Of a DNA stretch of 64,000 nt, positions 37,620 to 48,507 are shown piece after piece; position 1 is the stretch's first letter; each line of letters starts with the position of its first letter. Position numbers and translations under genes: made by a program. Source of the stretch: an uncultured Bacilli bacterium (lineage in GTDB: Bacteria > Bacillota_I > Bacilli_A > RF39 > UBA660); assembly GCA_949505625.1 (NCBI GenBank), contig CATBQD010000006.1, positions 3,495 through 67,494 on the forward strand, read 5' to 3'. The notes beneath the pieces were generated by a model, which worked only from the letters and a program-made list of their open reading frames with translations, ran no database searches and was not told the DNA's origin.

Positions 37620-39355
37620 TTTTTTATTCCTCCCTTTTTCTGTTCTTCATTTAATTGACATAGAACCATTATATTTGCATCTGCTGCATTAATCCACCCT
37701 TTTTCAATATCTGCATTTAATTTATCATCTGTTACAGCAATAAACTTTCCGTCTGCATCTCCTATAGAACATCCTAAAACAATATTATATGTTCCTTCTG
37801 ACAAATTCATATTTTTAGCAACTGTTTCTAAATCAACTCCATACTCTGTCGTAATATAAATCGGAGTTCCAGTATGATCTAAAATTGCACCTCGTGTGAC
37901 AAATAATTTAGTTCCAATTAAACTAACCTCTTTTGCTTCTTTTCTGCCCTTTTCTTCCACTATATCCATAGGGTTAGAGTAAATAACAGCTTTTTCTCTT
38001 AATTCAATTTGATCTCCAATCGTTGGCTTATATTTTACAGGGACTTCTATCATTTTCTCTATTTGTTCTTTTATCTTTCCTGGAATATTTCCGATCGTTC
38101 TTAAAGTCGAAAGTAACGAATCTTTCGCTTTTCCTAATTTTTCTAACAAGCTTTTTTTAGCAGGCTCAATAGATATAATTTGTCGTCTTCTTTTTCTGTC
38201 TCTATTAACTTGCTCGTCCTCAAATAAAATTTCTGGTGCCTCTGGTACAATTGCGATTCTTCCTCTTTCCTTTGCACGCTCTGCGAAAATTAATTCTAGA
38301 TCTTCTTTTCCTTTTACTTCATCTCTTGTATGTTGTAACTGTTCTTCAATCGAGATTATCAGTTCCTCATTTTTCTCTAGTTCTGCTAAATCGGATAACT
38401 GTCTATATATCCTACTGTGATCAATTCTTGAAGCTAATGTCTCATATTCTCCGTTTTCAATCACGCCTTCTTGGTATAACTGTTCGACTTTAGAAATACG
38501 AGAACTTACTATTCCTTGTACTATTTTTGTTCTTTTCTCTAATGACTCATAACTATCAACTGGTGATTGCATCATCTTTCCTAATAAATGAAGAAATGTT
38601 TGTTCTGCCACTTTATCTAACTCTAGTTCATTTTTTTTAACACGTGCTTCATAAGTTGCTACATAACCCTCAGCATCTTTTGCGCTACGTGCCAATTCTA
38701 GATTTTCTAGTAATTGATTTTGGCGCTTTTTCAAAGCTTTCTCTTTAGCCTTTATGTTTTGAAAATCAAGTTGACTTGCATTTCCTTCTTTTAGAATTCT
38801 AGAGTAAACTTCTAGAATTTCCTCATTTAAAGTTTCAAATGATAGCTGTGCATTTCTTAAATTCGTTTTTTTCACATAAGCTTGTGTTCTCTCTTCATTC
38901 AATTCTGCTTCCCTTTGTTCTGCTGCTTTTATTTTATCAAATTGTTCTTCTACTAATTTAATATCACTTTCATATTCATGGACTTGATTTTCTGATATAT
39001 CTATCTTTTCACTAATATATGACCAAAGATCTGATGCTACTTCTATTTTTTTAACATCAGAAAACATTGCTAGAATTTCTTGAAGCTTTTGATTGACAAC
39101 TGTATAAATTTGATTTCTTTTTTCTAATTCTTCTTCTAAAGTTACTGCAAATCTCTTTTCTATTCCTTGAATTTGACTTTCAACTCTGCCATCTAACAGA
39201 CTAATATATTCTGTGGCTAATTCTTTTACTCTAGCTACAACTTTATCAATACGTTCTGCGTCTATTGTTTCTTGCATTCCCAATAAGTCTAACTGGTCAA
39301 TATAAGAATCTATTTGTTCTTTTAAGTAATTCTCTCGCTCCATGAATTTCACCAA
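37616..39355 (-). CDS. Long coiled-coil hypothetical protein
   Basis: E/K/L-rich heptads followed by a globular C-terminal domain. Confidence 0.65.
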   Translation of the reverse strand: MVKFMERENYLKEQIDSYIDQLDLLGMQETIDAERIDKVVARVKELATEYISLLDGRVESQIQGIEKRFAVTLEEELEKRNQIYTVVNQKLQEILAMFSDVKKIEVASDLWSYISEKIDISENQVHEYESDIKLVEEQFDKIKAAEQREAELNEERTQAYVKKTNLRNAQLSFETLNEEILEVYSRILKEGNASQLDFQNIKAKEKALKKRQNQLLENLELARSAKDAEGYVATYEARVKKNELELDKVAEQTFLHLLGKMMQSPVDSYESLEKRTKIVQGIVSSRISKVEQLYQEGVIENGEYETLASRIDHSRIYRQLSDLAELEKNEELIISIEEQLQHTRDEVKGKEDLELIFAERAKERGRIAIVPEAPEILFEDEQVNRDRKRRRQIISIEPAKKSLLEKLGKAKDSLLSTLRTIGNIPGKIKEQIEKMIEVPVKYKPTIGDQIELREKAVIYSNPMDIVEEKGRKEAKEVSLIGTKLFVTRGAILDHTGTPIYITTEYGVDLETVAKNMNLSEGTYNIVLGCSIGDADGKFIAVTDDKLNADIEKGWINAADANIMVLCQLNEEQKKGGIKK

Positions 39356-39419
39356 TCCTCTATTATTATTTTTATTATAACAAAAAAGTAAAAATAAGTA
39401 AATCTAAAAAGCAGAGCTT

Positions 39420-40508
39420 TTACTCTGCTTTTTGATTTAATGTCAATGTTGTTTCTTTTTCTTCTCCATTTCTGTTATAAATTACTTTTATTTTATCTCC
39501 AATACTATATTTATACAAATTGTATCTAAAATGCGCTACATCTTCAATTTTATTTTCATTTACTTTTAAAATAACATCTCCTTGTTGTAATCCTGCTTTT
39601 TCTGCCACCGAATTAGGTTCTACATTTATAATAACTGCTCCATAAGTAATACTTTTATGTAAAGTAATTCTATTTCTATACAAAGCATAACTATTACTTA
39701 CATCAAGTAAGCTAACTCCAACTACTGGTCGTTCTATCTTCTCGCCCTTTTCCAATTTTTCGACAGAAGCCATCACTAATTCAATCGGGATAGCAAAACC
39801 CATTCCTTCAATCTCATCTTCTACCAATTTTAAAGAGTTTACTCCTATTACTTCACCATTAATATTTACAAGAGGTCCACCACTATTTCCTGGATTAATT
39901 GCTGCATCTGTTTGTAATACTGACATCATATAGCTGCCATTTCCACTTGAAGACTCTACAGAGACAGTCCTATCTTTCCCAGATAGAATACCTTTTGTAA
40001 CTGTTCCTCTATAAGCGTTTCCTACTGGAGTTCCAACTGTAAATAATGTATCTCCTAACTCCAATTTGCTACTATCCCCTATTTCTGCCACATCCATAAC
40101 CCCACTAATATCCATTGAAAGAACCGCTATATCTGCATATTCATCACTTCCTAGAACCTTTGCTTCCACGGATTCCCCTTCCATATTGACTACTTTCACA
40201 GAAGTCGCCCCTTCTATTACATGATGGTTAGTTATAACGAATCCTTCTTGATTATTTTTCTTATAAACAAATCCGCTTCCACTCCCAGTTTGCCTTCCAT
40301 TTCTATAAGATTCTATTACTACAACTGCATTATAAATTTTATAAACAGCTTCTTTGATTGAATCCGCTTCTGTAATAGAAACTGTTTTTACAGTCTTTTC
40401 TACTGCTTCCATTTTTAAAGGAAAAAGCTGTGTGACTACTAAAGTCCCAGAAATACCTATAAAAAATGACAATATAACTACAACTATATAAACTATTTTT
40501 TGTTTCAT
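39420..40508 (-). CDS. htrA: HtrA-family serine protease with PDZ domain
   Basis: GSGSGF, ITNHHVI, DIAVL, QTDAAINPGNSGGPL; C-terminal PDZ. Confidence 0.93.
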   Translation of the reverse strand: MKQKIVYIVVVILSFFIGISGTLVVTQLFPLKMEAVEKTVKTVSITEADSIKEAVYKIYNAVVVIESYRNGRQTGSGSGFVYKKNNQEGFVITNHHVIEGATSVKVVNMEGESVEAKVLGSDEYADIAVLSMDISGVMDVAEIGDSSKLELGDTLFTVGTPVGNAYRGTVTKGILSGKDRTVSVESSSGNGSYMMSVLQTDAAINPGNSGGPLVNINGEVIGVNSLKLVEDEIEGMGFAIPIELVMASVEKLEKGEKIERPVVGVSLLDVSNSYALYRNRITLHKSITYGAVIINVEPNSVAEKAGLQQGDVILKVNENKIEDVAHFRYNLYKYSIGDKIKVIYNRNGEEKETTLTLNQKAE

Positions 40509-40517
40509 TTTTCCTCC

Positions 40518-41450
40518 TTAATCCATATCAACAATATCTCTCCAATTATCTGGGAAACCTATTCTATTTAAGATTGTATTTAACGGTAATACTTCTATCT
40601 TACCATCTAACACATCAATCTCATAACCTAATTCATAAATCAATTCCCTAAATTCATCTTCTCTAAGCATTTGTTTCATAATAATAATAAGTGCATATAA
40701 GTCATTCTTACCAAAATCATACTCATCTTTTGTTTGACTAATATCTAACATATCATGATATTTATTATTTGGAATTACCCTTTGTGTTCTATGATCATAC
40801 AAAATATCCTCATGCGCACATAAATTTCTAAAATTAGAAAGAAGAGCCAGATATATCGTTAAAGACTCAATATCTATATGATATATATCTGCTATAATCT
40901 CTTGATCTTCTGCTTTTAGTATACAATATAATTCAGAAACTATTCCAAATGATAATACTTTGACTAAAATCCACATCGGAATATAACCATAGTTACTAAG
41001 ATAATGCATGGTGGCAGCGTGTTGCTTTCCATTTACTCGGATTTGCCTTTTCATTTTATTTAAAACATCATGGACCTGCCTTACTTTTAAATTGTCTTGT
41101 GTAAAGTTTTTTGGATCTAAATAGTCTTTTTCTTTAAAACCATATTTTTTCGATAATGTATAACTAATAATTGATTTTATATTATTCTCAATTATTAATA
41201 AATATTTAAACATAATATTTCGTATTTTTCTGTCAAATAAAAACATTGCATAAAGTTCATCAAATGTTGTTCCATCAATAAATCTATTTTCTTTGATTGA
41301 ACGCATAAATAAGTGTCTATACCCGCTGATAAAAAAGTAATTTTCACGGAATAAGATTTCTTTTGCCTTATCCAAATCTTCAACTATCAATCCTTTTGAC
41401 TTTAAGATTTCTATTTGTTCATCCAAGGTTTTAAATATCTTGCCACCCAT
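40518..41450 (-). CDS. Abi_2 (AbiD/AbiF-like) HEPN protein
   Basis: FKTLDEQIEILKSKGL, FDRKIR...L..IE, IPMWI...LSFG, RNLCAH (RxxxxH). Confidence 0.88.
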   Translation of the reverse strand: MGGKIFKTLDEQIEILKSKGLIVEDLDKAKEILFRENYFFISGYRHLFMRSIKENRFIDGTTFDELYAMFLFDRKIRNIMFKYLLIIENNIKSIISYTLSKKYGFKEKDYLDPKNFTQDNLKVRQVHDVLNKMKRQIRVNGKQHAATMHYLSNYGYIPMWILVKVLSFGIVSELYCILKAEDQEIIADIYHIDIESLTIYLALLSNFRNLCAHEDILYDHRTQRVIPNNKYHDMLDISQTKDEYDFGKNDLYALIIIMKQMLREDEFRELIYELGYEIDVLDGKIEVLPLNTILNRIGFPDNWRDIVDMD

Positions 41451-41605
41451 ATTACCACCTAGTATTCATTATACCATACTATTTATGAAATAAATATGTT
41501 TTTTTTATGGGATTTTCGTGTGATTTTTTAAAGCTTTCTCTCCTCATCAATTCCAATATTTTTGTTCTTTTTATGAGTTAAATTTTTATTTTCTATCAGA
41601 AAAAA

Positions 41606-41644
41606 AGTAATTATTAAAATACTAATATATTTTTTAATAATTAC
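41606..41644 (-). terminator. Hairpin terminator after amidase gene
   Basis: agtaattattaaaa/ttttaataattact inverted repeat with T-run on the minus strand. Confidence 0.55.
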
Positions 41645-41660
41645 TCACAATATCTTTAAA

Positions 41661-42320
41661 TTAGGAAAAATACTTAATAATTCCATTTAAAATTGAATTG
41701 GCCACTTTTTCTTGATACCAATCTTGTGTTAATAAATAGCGGTCATTAGGATTACTTAAAAAGCCGACCTCTAAAAGTACGCCAGGACGCTTAACTCGTT
41801 TGTGTAAATACATAGAATCAGTTTTTTTATAATCCCGTTTTGAATCTAAACTTTTTTTAAATTCTTCTTGCATTATTTTGGCAATTTTTTCATTTTCAGA
41901 ATTTACATCATCATAATAAGCCTCGGCTCCATGCCAACTACTGGATGTTTCAGCATTCAAATGAATTGATAAATATAAATCACAATTGGAACGATTTATA
42001 ATATTAGCTCTTCTCGATAAGTCACTACGCTTCCTATTTACAGCATATGGTACTGATAAGTCATAATCACCATCTCTGGTTAAATATACAGTTACTCCTA
42101 TATCCTCTAATTTTTGTTTTAGTTTTTGGGCAATTTTTAAGTTAATTGCTTGCTCTTCTATATTTTTATATAACGCTCCTGGATCTGCGCCTCCGTGTCC
42201 AGGATCCAAATAAATTATTTTATTGTGCAAAACTTTGGACTTTTCTTCCGCTTTTACGAAGTTAAAACTACATAGACATAGTAATAATAAAATAATCATT
42301 CCTAACTTATATTTTACCAT
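41661..42320 (-). CDS. cwlD: N-acetylmuramoyl-L-alanine amidase, CwlD-like
   Basis: YLDPGHGGADPG, TRDGDYDL, RK.SDL.RR, LSIHLNA, LLEVGFLSN. Confidence 0.75.
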   Translation of the reverse strand: MVKYKLGMIILLLLCLCSFNFVKAEEKSKVLHNKIIYLDPGHGGADPGALYKNIEEQAINLKIAQKLKQKLEDIGVTVYLTRDGDYDLSVPYAVNRKRSDLSRRANIINRSNCDLYLSIHLNAETSSSWHGAEAYYDDVNSENEKIAKIMQEEFKKSLDSKRDYKKTDSMYLHKRVKRPGVLLEVGFLSNPNDRYLLTQDWYQEKVANSILNGIIKYFS

Positions 42321-42429
42321 TTTATCACCTATAAAAATATATTCATATATATTCCTTTATTATTCTAAAAATTTTTAAGTAATAGAAAAGATAGAATTTG
42401 AGATAAATCTAAAATTCTATCTTTTTACT

Positions 42430-43956
42430 TTATTGAATCGTAATATATTCTGCAGTAAATGCTGGTATTGTAAGAGCATTTCCTATTACCGTTGTATATG
42501 TTTTTGTTCCTGTTAAAACTCCCCACATATTTATCATATCATTTTCTAATACTCTTGTGTCTCCATAATATGTTACATATACTGTATCAGAGCAAGAATA
42601 ACCACTAATATATTTGTATTTTTCACAAGAAACATTAACCCTTAAAATTTTACTATAAGAAGATGGTATAACTTGCACTACTTTTCCAAAAAAGCGAGCT
42701 CTCTTTTGACTATACTGTTCTGGATATCTTGAAATTTCTTGATAATTATAAGTTTGACATGAGTTTTTATAATCACTTTCTTTTTTCGCTTCGATATTTG
42801 TTTTAATTGAAGTTATTGTTTGATTCCAATTTATCTTATGATTATCATAATATGTATCCTTTATGCCATTTATTTCTTCTTCTAGTTGTTTCAATGCTTC
42901 TGCATCCAAACTGCTTGATATTTCAGTTAATTTAGTTGTAATAGTTGAAGCATAACCTTCTTTTTTCTCAATAATTTTATTTTCGATTTCTTTTATTTTT
43001 GCTTCCCAACTTGGAACTTTTTCCTTATAATATGCAAGGTTCTTTAGTTCTTCGTAATCTGCTTTAACTTCTGTATATTTTTTTTCATCAACAGAATTTA
43101 ATAGCTCCTCCATGTCATTCTCTAATTCTTTGGCTAATAAATCTAATTTTTCATTGAATGTAGAAACTTTTGTTCCATATTCTTCTTTTATTTTTGATTG
43201 TTTTTGTTTTTTTATGTTTTCCAGTTGTTTTTCACTTGAAACTTTTTTGTTTGTCTGTTTATAATTAGAAAATATACTTTCTAATTTTTCTTCGTAGTCT
43301 TCTATTTGACCTTTTGTAAATGAAGAACTAAATCTAACATACACATTTCCATTTAAATAAGAATATTGCTCATCAGCACATATCTCTTCTGCCAATCTTC
43401 CATAAATTTCTTCTTTAAAATAATTTTTACACTGTTTTTTCACTTCTTCATAATACCATTTTCTCATTTGAGCATCTTTTGAATTTCTAAAAACTTCAAT
43501 TGTTCCAGCATAATCTTCATTTTCATTTAATACAATACGTTTATCATTCCAACTTACCTTTGAAATATATTCATTAGAATCTCCCAATAGATGATTCACA
43601 TCTGTATCTTTTGTATAAATAGTATAATTTGTAATTGAAGACGACATCTCTGACTTTAATTTTCTCATTAATTTAGCTGCATCCCAATTCCTATGTGACA
43701 ATATAAAAATACCAATTACTGAAATAATCAAAATACTAGCAATAGCAACAATTATAATGACTAATTTTCTTGTTTCTATTTTCTTTTTCAATTTTTTAGG
43801 TTGCTTATCATTAGAATTTACTTCCTCCGTAATTTTACTTTTACTATTTTTCTCTTCTATATTTTCTGTCTTTTTTACTTTAGCATTTTTCTCTTCTTTT
43901 TCCTTAGATGAACTTTTTTTCTCTTTTTCTTGGACTTCCTTTTCCACACTACACAC
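42430..43956 (-). CDS. Membrane-anchored protein with C-terminal OB-like domain
   Basis: Basic N-terminus, TM helix, coiled coil, YQEISRYPEQY...F.GKVVQV...LEND...WG...YTTV.G....IP. Confidence 0.6.
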   Translation of the reverse strand: MCSVEKEVQEKEKKSSSKEKEEKNAKVKKTENIEEKNSKSKITEEVNSNDKQPKKLKKKIETRKLVIIIVAIASILIISVIGIFILSHRNWDAAKLMRKLKSEMSSSITNYTIYTKDTDVNHLLGDSNEYISKVSWNDKRIVLNENEDYAGTIEVFRNSKDAQMRKWYYEEVKKQCKNYFKEEIYGRLAEEICADEQYSYLNGNVYVRFSSSFTKGQIEDYEEKLESIFSNYKQTNKKVSSEKQLENIKKQKQSKIKEEYGTKVSTFNEKLDLLAKELENDMEELLNSVDEKKYTEVKADYEELKNLAYYKEKVPSWEAKIKEIENKIIEKKEGYASTITTKLTEISSSLDAEALKQLEEEINGIKDTYYDNHKINWNQTITSIKTNIEAKKESDYKNSCQTYNYQEISRYPEQYSQKRARFFGKVVQVIPSSYSKILRVNVSCEKYKYISGYSCSDTVYVTYYGDTRVLENDMINMWGVLTGTKTYTTVIGNALTIPAFTAEYITIQ

Positions 43957-44031
43957 TCCTTTGTTAATTCCATATTATCATATTTATATTAAATTAACAA
44001 TCGTTTTTTCACAAAAACATCACATTGAAAA

Positions 44032-44697
44032 TTACCTTTTGCTATTAAAAAATAAACTCCAAGGAAACCTGTTTGACGGTTCTCCTAAAAATAATAATTT
44101 CTCCTTTGTTATTGGATGGTAAAAAGATAATTTATAAGAATATAGAGCAATTTGTTCTCCTATCTTACTATGTTGATTATATTTCTGATCCCCATAGAGA
44201 GGATGATTTCTGCTAGCAAACTGAACTCTTATTTGATGACTTCTTCCAGTTTTTAAATCAATTTCTACAAGGCTATATTTCCCCTGCCTATTCAGAACCT
44301 TATAATTCAAAATTGCTTCTTTTCCTTCACTATCAACAAATACCTTATTAAGTTTCTCATCTTTTTTTAAATAATCAACTAAACATCCTTCTTCTTTATC
44401 TATAATTCCTTCTACTACTGCATAATATCCTTTTTGCATTTGATGTTTTCTTATTTGTTCTGATAATCTTGCAGCTGCTTTGCTCGTTTTGGCAAACACC
44501 ATAACTCCGCCTACTGGTCTATCCAAGCGATGAACTAAACCTAAATAGACATTTCCAGGTTTCTGATATCTTTTTTTAATATCTTCTTTTAATATAGTTA
44601 ATAAATCTTTATCACGAGTGTTATCTGATTGCACTAATATGTTAACAGGTTTTTCTACAACCAACAAATGATTATCCTCATAAATAATATTAATCAT
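44032..44697 (-). CDS. RluA-family pseudouridine synthase
   Basis: IIYEDNHLLVVEKP, VHRLDRPVGG, TGRSHQIRVQ, PLYGD.KY. Confidence 0.92.
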   Translation of the reverse strand: MINIIYEDNHLLVVEKPVNILVQSDNTRDKDLLTILKEDIKKRYQKPGNVYLGLVHRLDRPVGGVMVFAKTSKAAARLSEQIRKHQMQKGYYAVVEGIIDKEEGCLVDYLKKDEKLNKVFVDSEGKEAILNYKVLNRQGKYSLVEIDLKTGRSHQIRVQFASRNHPLYGDQKYNQHSKIGEQIALYSYKLSFYHPITKEKLLFLGEPSNRFPWSLFFNSKR

Positions 44698-45565
44698 TAC
44701 TTTGCCATCTTCCATATATTCCACAAGGTAATATCAAATTGTTTTTTTCTACTGGTAATCCTACCTCTCCAGCATCTACTTTACCATTTGGATAAAGAGG
44801 TAGCAAAGTTGTTTTCAATATATTTTCTAAAACAATACTTGATATTCCAGTTGTATATGAATTAATCAATAAAAATAAAGGCTGATCACTTAGAATTTTT
44901 ATACAAGCATTGATTAGTGTATAAATACTATCTTCAAATTTCCAAACTTCTCCGTTTGGCCCTCTTCCATAACTAGGTGGGTCCATTACGATTGCATCAT
45001 ATTTATTTCCACGACGATATTCTCTTTCTACAAATTTTAAACAGTCATCCACAATAAAACGAATAAAGTTGTTTTCCAAACCTGATAATCTCATATTTTC
45101 TTTTGCCCATTCTGTCATACCTCTAGAAGCATCTACATGAACTACATCTGCCCCAGCTTTTGAGCAAGCTATCGTGGCTCCACCTGTATATGCAAATAAA
45201 TTAAGAACTTTTATTTTACGATTACTATTTTTTATCTTATCCATCATAAAATCCCAATTTACTGCTTGCTCTGGAAATAAGCCAGTATGTTTAAAATTTG
45301 TAGGACTAATTTTAAAAGTTAGACCTTTGTAATTGATTGTCCAATATTCTGGAAGAGACTTAAAAAATTTCCATTCTCCCCCACCTTTATTACTTCTAAA
45401 ATATTGTCCATCTATTTTCTTCCATATATCAATATCCTTATCAACTGTCCATATAGCTTGAGGATCTGGTCGTCTTAAAATAATCCCATTCCAGTTTTCC
45501 AATTTTTCCCCATTTCCTGCATCCAAGCATTTAAACTCATTCCAATTATTACTCATTCTAAGCAT
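44690..45565 (-). CDS. Class I SAM-dependent methyltransferase (RlmI/K-like)
   Basis: HTGLFPEQ, VLNLFAYTG, VDAS, DPPSYG. Confidence 0.88.
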   Translation of the reverse strand: MLRMSNNWNEFKCLDAGNGEKLENWNGIILRRPDPQAIWTVDKDIDIWKKIDGQYFRSNKGGGEWKFFKSLPEYWTINYKGLTFKISPTNFKHTGLFPEQAVNWDFMMDKIKNSNRKIKVLNLFAYTGGATIACSKAGADVVHVDASRGMTEWAKENMRLSGLENNFIRFIVDDCLKFVEREYRRGNKYDAIVMDPPSYGRGPNGEVWKFEDSIYTLINACIKILSDQPLFLLINSYTTGISSIVLENILKTTLLPLYPNGKVDAGEVGLPVEKNNLILPCGIYGRWQSND

Positions 45566-45566
45566 A

Positions 45567-45905
45567 TTATTTAAACCTCACTTCATGTTCTAATCGTTTT
45601 AAATCGGAAACTGTTCGTTGATAGTCCTGTTCGCTAATCTCTTTTTTGGGTTCTAGAGACCTAGTTTCCTCAAAGAAATTATTATTGTTTACACTTTTTA
45701 CATTTGACAAGATTTCATTATAATCATTTGGATTCATTTGCCCTTGAAACCGACTTAAAGAACTAAGAACTTCATTCTTTTTTGTTGGATCAATAGACAT
45801 CGCTTTTAAATTTGCAACTGAATTCTGCAAAGAAGAATTTTGATTAAAGTTAACTTGTTGTTGGAATACCTGGTTTCCAAACATATCTTTATTTTTAAAG
45901 TTCAT
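45567..45905 (-). CDS. Hypothetical protein
   Basis: ORF coupled to the methyltransferase gene. Confidence 0.55.
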   Translation of the reverse strand: MNFKNKDMFGNQVFQQQVNFNQNSSLQNSVANLKAMSIDPTKKNEVLSSLSRFQGQMNPNDYNEILSNVKSVNNNNFFEETRSLEPKKEISEQDYQRTVSDLKRLEHEVRFK

Positions 45906-45965
45906 ATTATCACCAAATAAATTATAATATAAATATTTTTATAAAGCAAGAAAGGAACTCATAAC

Positions 45966-46490
45966 TTAATAATATACACTTTTAAAGGCTCTATCAAATT
46001 CTTGCAATATTTGATTCAATACTTTATCACAACAATGATCTCCAATACGTTTCATATTAAAAATAAAAATTTGGTTATCTCCTAATAAATTTCTTTTTTT
46101 CTGATAATTATAAATCTGTTCCACATTCTGCGATGATTCTATTTTTCTTATATCTTCTTTTTTATATAAACCATATTGATTACATAATTCTAATTCTTCT
46201 GGACACTTATAACAAAAAGACAAAAATAAACAAGCTTCATAATGTTCAAAATCCTGATTATAATGGGAAGTATATTTCAATCTTATTATAATATTATCTT
46301 TATTTTGTTCAATTCTTCCTTTCATACGAATTATTTCTAACTTATTGATTATAAAGTCAATAGTGAAATCTCTTTCCTGTGGATAAATTTTTCTTTCTAT
46401 TACCTTAAGCGGACTTTTCCACAGACATTCTAAAAATCTTTCTAAAAGTTCTATATTATTTAAAAAAAAGACTTTTGTTTTTCTTCTCAT
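45966..46490 (-). CDS. Hypothetical protein
   Basis: ORF with GAGGTG RBS. Confidence 0.55.
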   Translation of the reverse strand: MRRKTKVFFLNNIELLERFLECLWKSPLKVIERKIYPQERDFTIDFIINKLEIIRMKGRIEQNKDNIIIRLKYTSHYNQDFEHYEACLFLSFCYKCPEELELCNQYGLYKKEDIRKIESSQNVEQIYNYQKKRNLLGDNQIFIFNMKRIGDHCCDKVLNQILQEFDRAFKSVYY

Positions 46491-46625
46491 TTTATCACCT
46501 CAAATAAACTATATCAAGACTTACATATGAAAGCAAATGATAGAAATATAGAATTTGCATTATAATTTTTTTTAATATTTAAAATTCATTAATCAAATTT
46601 TAAAAAAAAGGCTACAAATGTAGTC

Positions 46626-48065
46626 TTAAATGTAAAGTCCTTCCAAAAAATAATATTTTCCATTCTCATGTTTCTTAAAAACATAACGATAAGTAACATA
46701 TTCCAAGTCCCAATATTCTTCTAATATATTGGTACTCTTAATATTTTTTTCTAAAGGTACTTTATAATCATTATTTTGGTAAATATCTAAGCGATTTCCA
46801 TTTTTATCTATAAAGCGAATCTTATAATCTAAATAAAGGGTATCTTCTTTTTCATATATATGCTCCAATTTCGTTTCTACATATTTTCTGGTATCCAGAC
46901 AAATACTTCTCTCTAAATGTATAATAAAACGATATTGTTCTTCTTCTATGACTCCTTCAAAATTATATCTTTTAAATTCTTCTAATTCTGATTTCAATTC
47001 TTCTCCCCAGAAATCTTTATAAATATCTTTTATTTCTTTTTCTGTAAATAAATACTCCTTTTTATCGTTTAATTCTTGTCCCACTTTATTAAGTTGATCA
47101 TTCTTATAAGCATGAGAAAGTGCTAATAACAAACGATCCGATACACTTATGCTCTCTATTGAAAATTTCTCTTTTTGATATATATGTTCTTCTGTAAAAT
47201 CAATACAATCACTTTCTAATATCAACATATTTATATCTTTAAGCAGCTCTTCTGAAACCTCTATTTCGTTAAGACTATTCACTGTATTTTTTTTATTGCC
47301 TTCTATAAAATGATAATCTCCATTCTGCCCTTCTTTAAATACAAAAGTGTATTGCTCCAGTTTGGACTGATATTTTGAGGCACTTTTATTTAAATTTTCT
47401 TTTATTTCTGGTATCGTTTCAAGATAAATCGTAAATTCTTTATCTTGATATATGTGATAAACAACATTACTTTCATTACTAGAATCTTCAATATAATAAA
47501 GAATTACATGATCTACTATAATTTGCTTTTCCTTCTTCATTGCAGTCATAATAATTGGTTGGAAGCGCTTCACATAATTGGTTTCTTCACAGTTACTATT
47601 TTCATCTCCAATCTCAATATTATAAATCTTTTCTTCTTCATCATATGTATAATTTGTATCATTAATTGAAAAAGTGAAATCTTTATATTCTTCTATCTCA
47701 CCCCAATATCTTTTAACGTATTGTCTCATATCATTCGATGAAATAGCATTATTTGATGATGTAGATAACTTTTTATATGCTGTATCTATTTTTTCAGAAA
47801 GCTCAATTTCTTCTACTTTCAGTTTATTCTCATCATATCTTCCAAGATTACCTATTTTATTACATCCATTATTCATCCTTGGATAAGGAAGATTTTTCAC
47901 AAGTTCACTATTAATATCTAATTTTTCCTCTTTGATTTCTGGCTCTTTTGGCGGAATCTTTTTTTCTTCTTTTGATTGATTTAGAAATAACCATATCATA
48001 ATCCCAATTAAGATAATAACTAAAGTTGTCATAAGTTTTAAAATTACCACTGCCTTATTTTTCAT
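46626..48065 (-). CDS. Membrane-anchored protein with internal twofold repeat
   Basis: Both halves contain K..WGE and end in Y.[FY]VFK...NG.Y.F.EG. Confidence 0.7.
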   Translation of the reverse strand: MKNKAVVILKLMTTLVIILIGIMIWLFLNQSKEEKKIPPKEPEIKEEKLDINSELVKNLPYPRMNNGCNKIGNLGRYDENKLKVEEIELSEKIDTAYKKLSTSSNNAISSNDMRQYVKRYWGEIEEYKDFTFSINDTNYTYDEEEKIYNIEIGDENSNCEETNYVKRFQPIIMTAMKKEKQIIVDHVILYYIEDSSNESNVVYHIYQDKEFTIYLETIPEIKENLNKSASKYQSKLEQYTFVFKEGQNGDYHFIEGNKKNTVNSLNEIEVSEELLKDINMLILESDCIDFTEEHIYQKEKFSIESISVSDRLLLALSHAYKNDQLNKVGQELNDKKEYLFTEKEIKDIYKDFWGEELKSELEEFKRYNFEGVIEEEQYRFIIHLERSICLDTRKYVETKLEHIYEKEDTLYLDYKIRFIDKNGNRLDIYQNNDYKVPLEKNIKSTNILEEYWDLEYVTYRYVFKKHENGKYYFLEGLYI

Positions 48066-48133
48066 TCCTGCACCCCTATTCTATTCAATATTATATCATA
48101 AGAAAAGAGATTTTAATACACAAAAAAAGATGC

Positions 48134-48490
48134 TTATTTTGCATCTTCCTCAACTAACTCTAAAATTACTTCCAACGCATCGTCCCCTCTACGTTCTCCT
48201 AATTTTAAAATTCTTGTATATCCACCATTACGATTAGCGTAACGAGGTGCTAAAACGTCAAATACTTTCTTTACAGCAGTATTATCATTTTGTAAGAATG
48301 CTAATGCTTTTCTTCTTGCAACTAATGAACCATCTTTACCATATGTAATCATCTTATCAACAAACTTACGAACTTCTTTGGCTCTAGGTTCTGTTGTTTT
48401 AATGCTTTCATTCATGATTAGGTCTTTTGTTAGGTTAGCAAGCATGCTTCTTCTATGTTTATTAGTACGTCCTAATTTTCTATAAGCCAT
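48134..48490 (-). CDS. rplQ: 50S ribosomal protein L17
   Basis: RKLGRT..HR, GGYTRI.K...RRGD. Confidence 0.97.
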   Translation of the reverse strand: MAYRKLGRTNKHRRSMLANLTKDLIMNESIKTTEPRAKEVRKFVDKMITYGKDGSLVARRKALAFLQNDNTAVKKVFDVLAPRYANRNGGYTRILKLGERRGDDALEVILELVEEDAK

Positions 48491-48507
48491 ATTATTCCTC
48501 CTAACTA

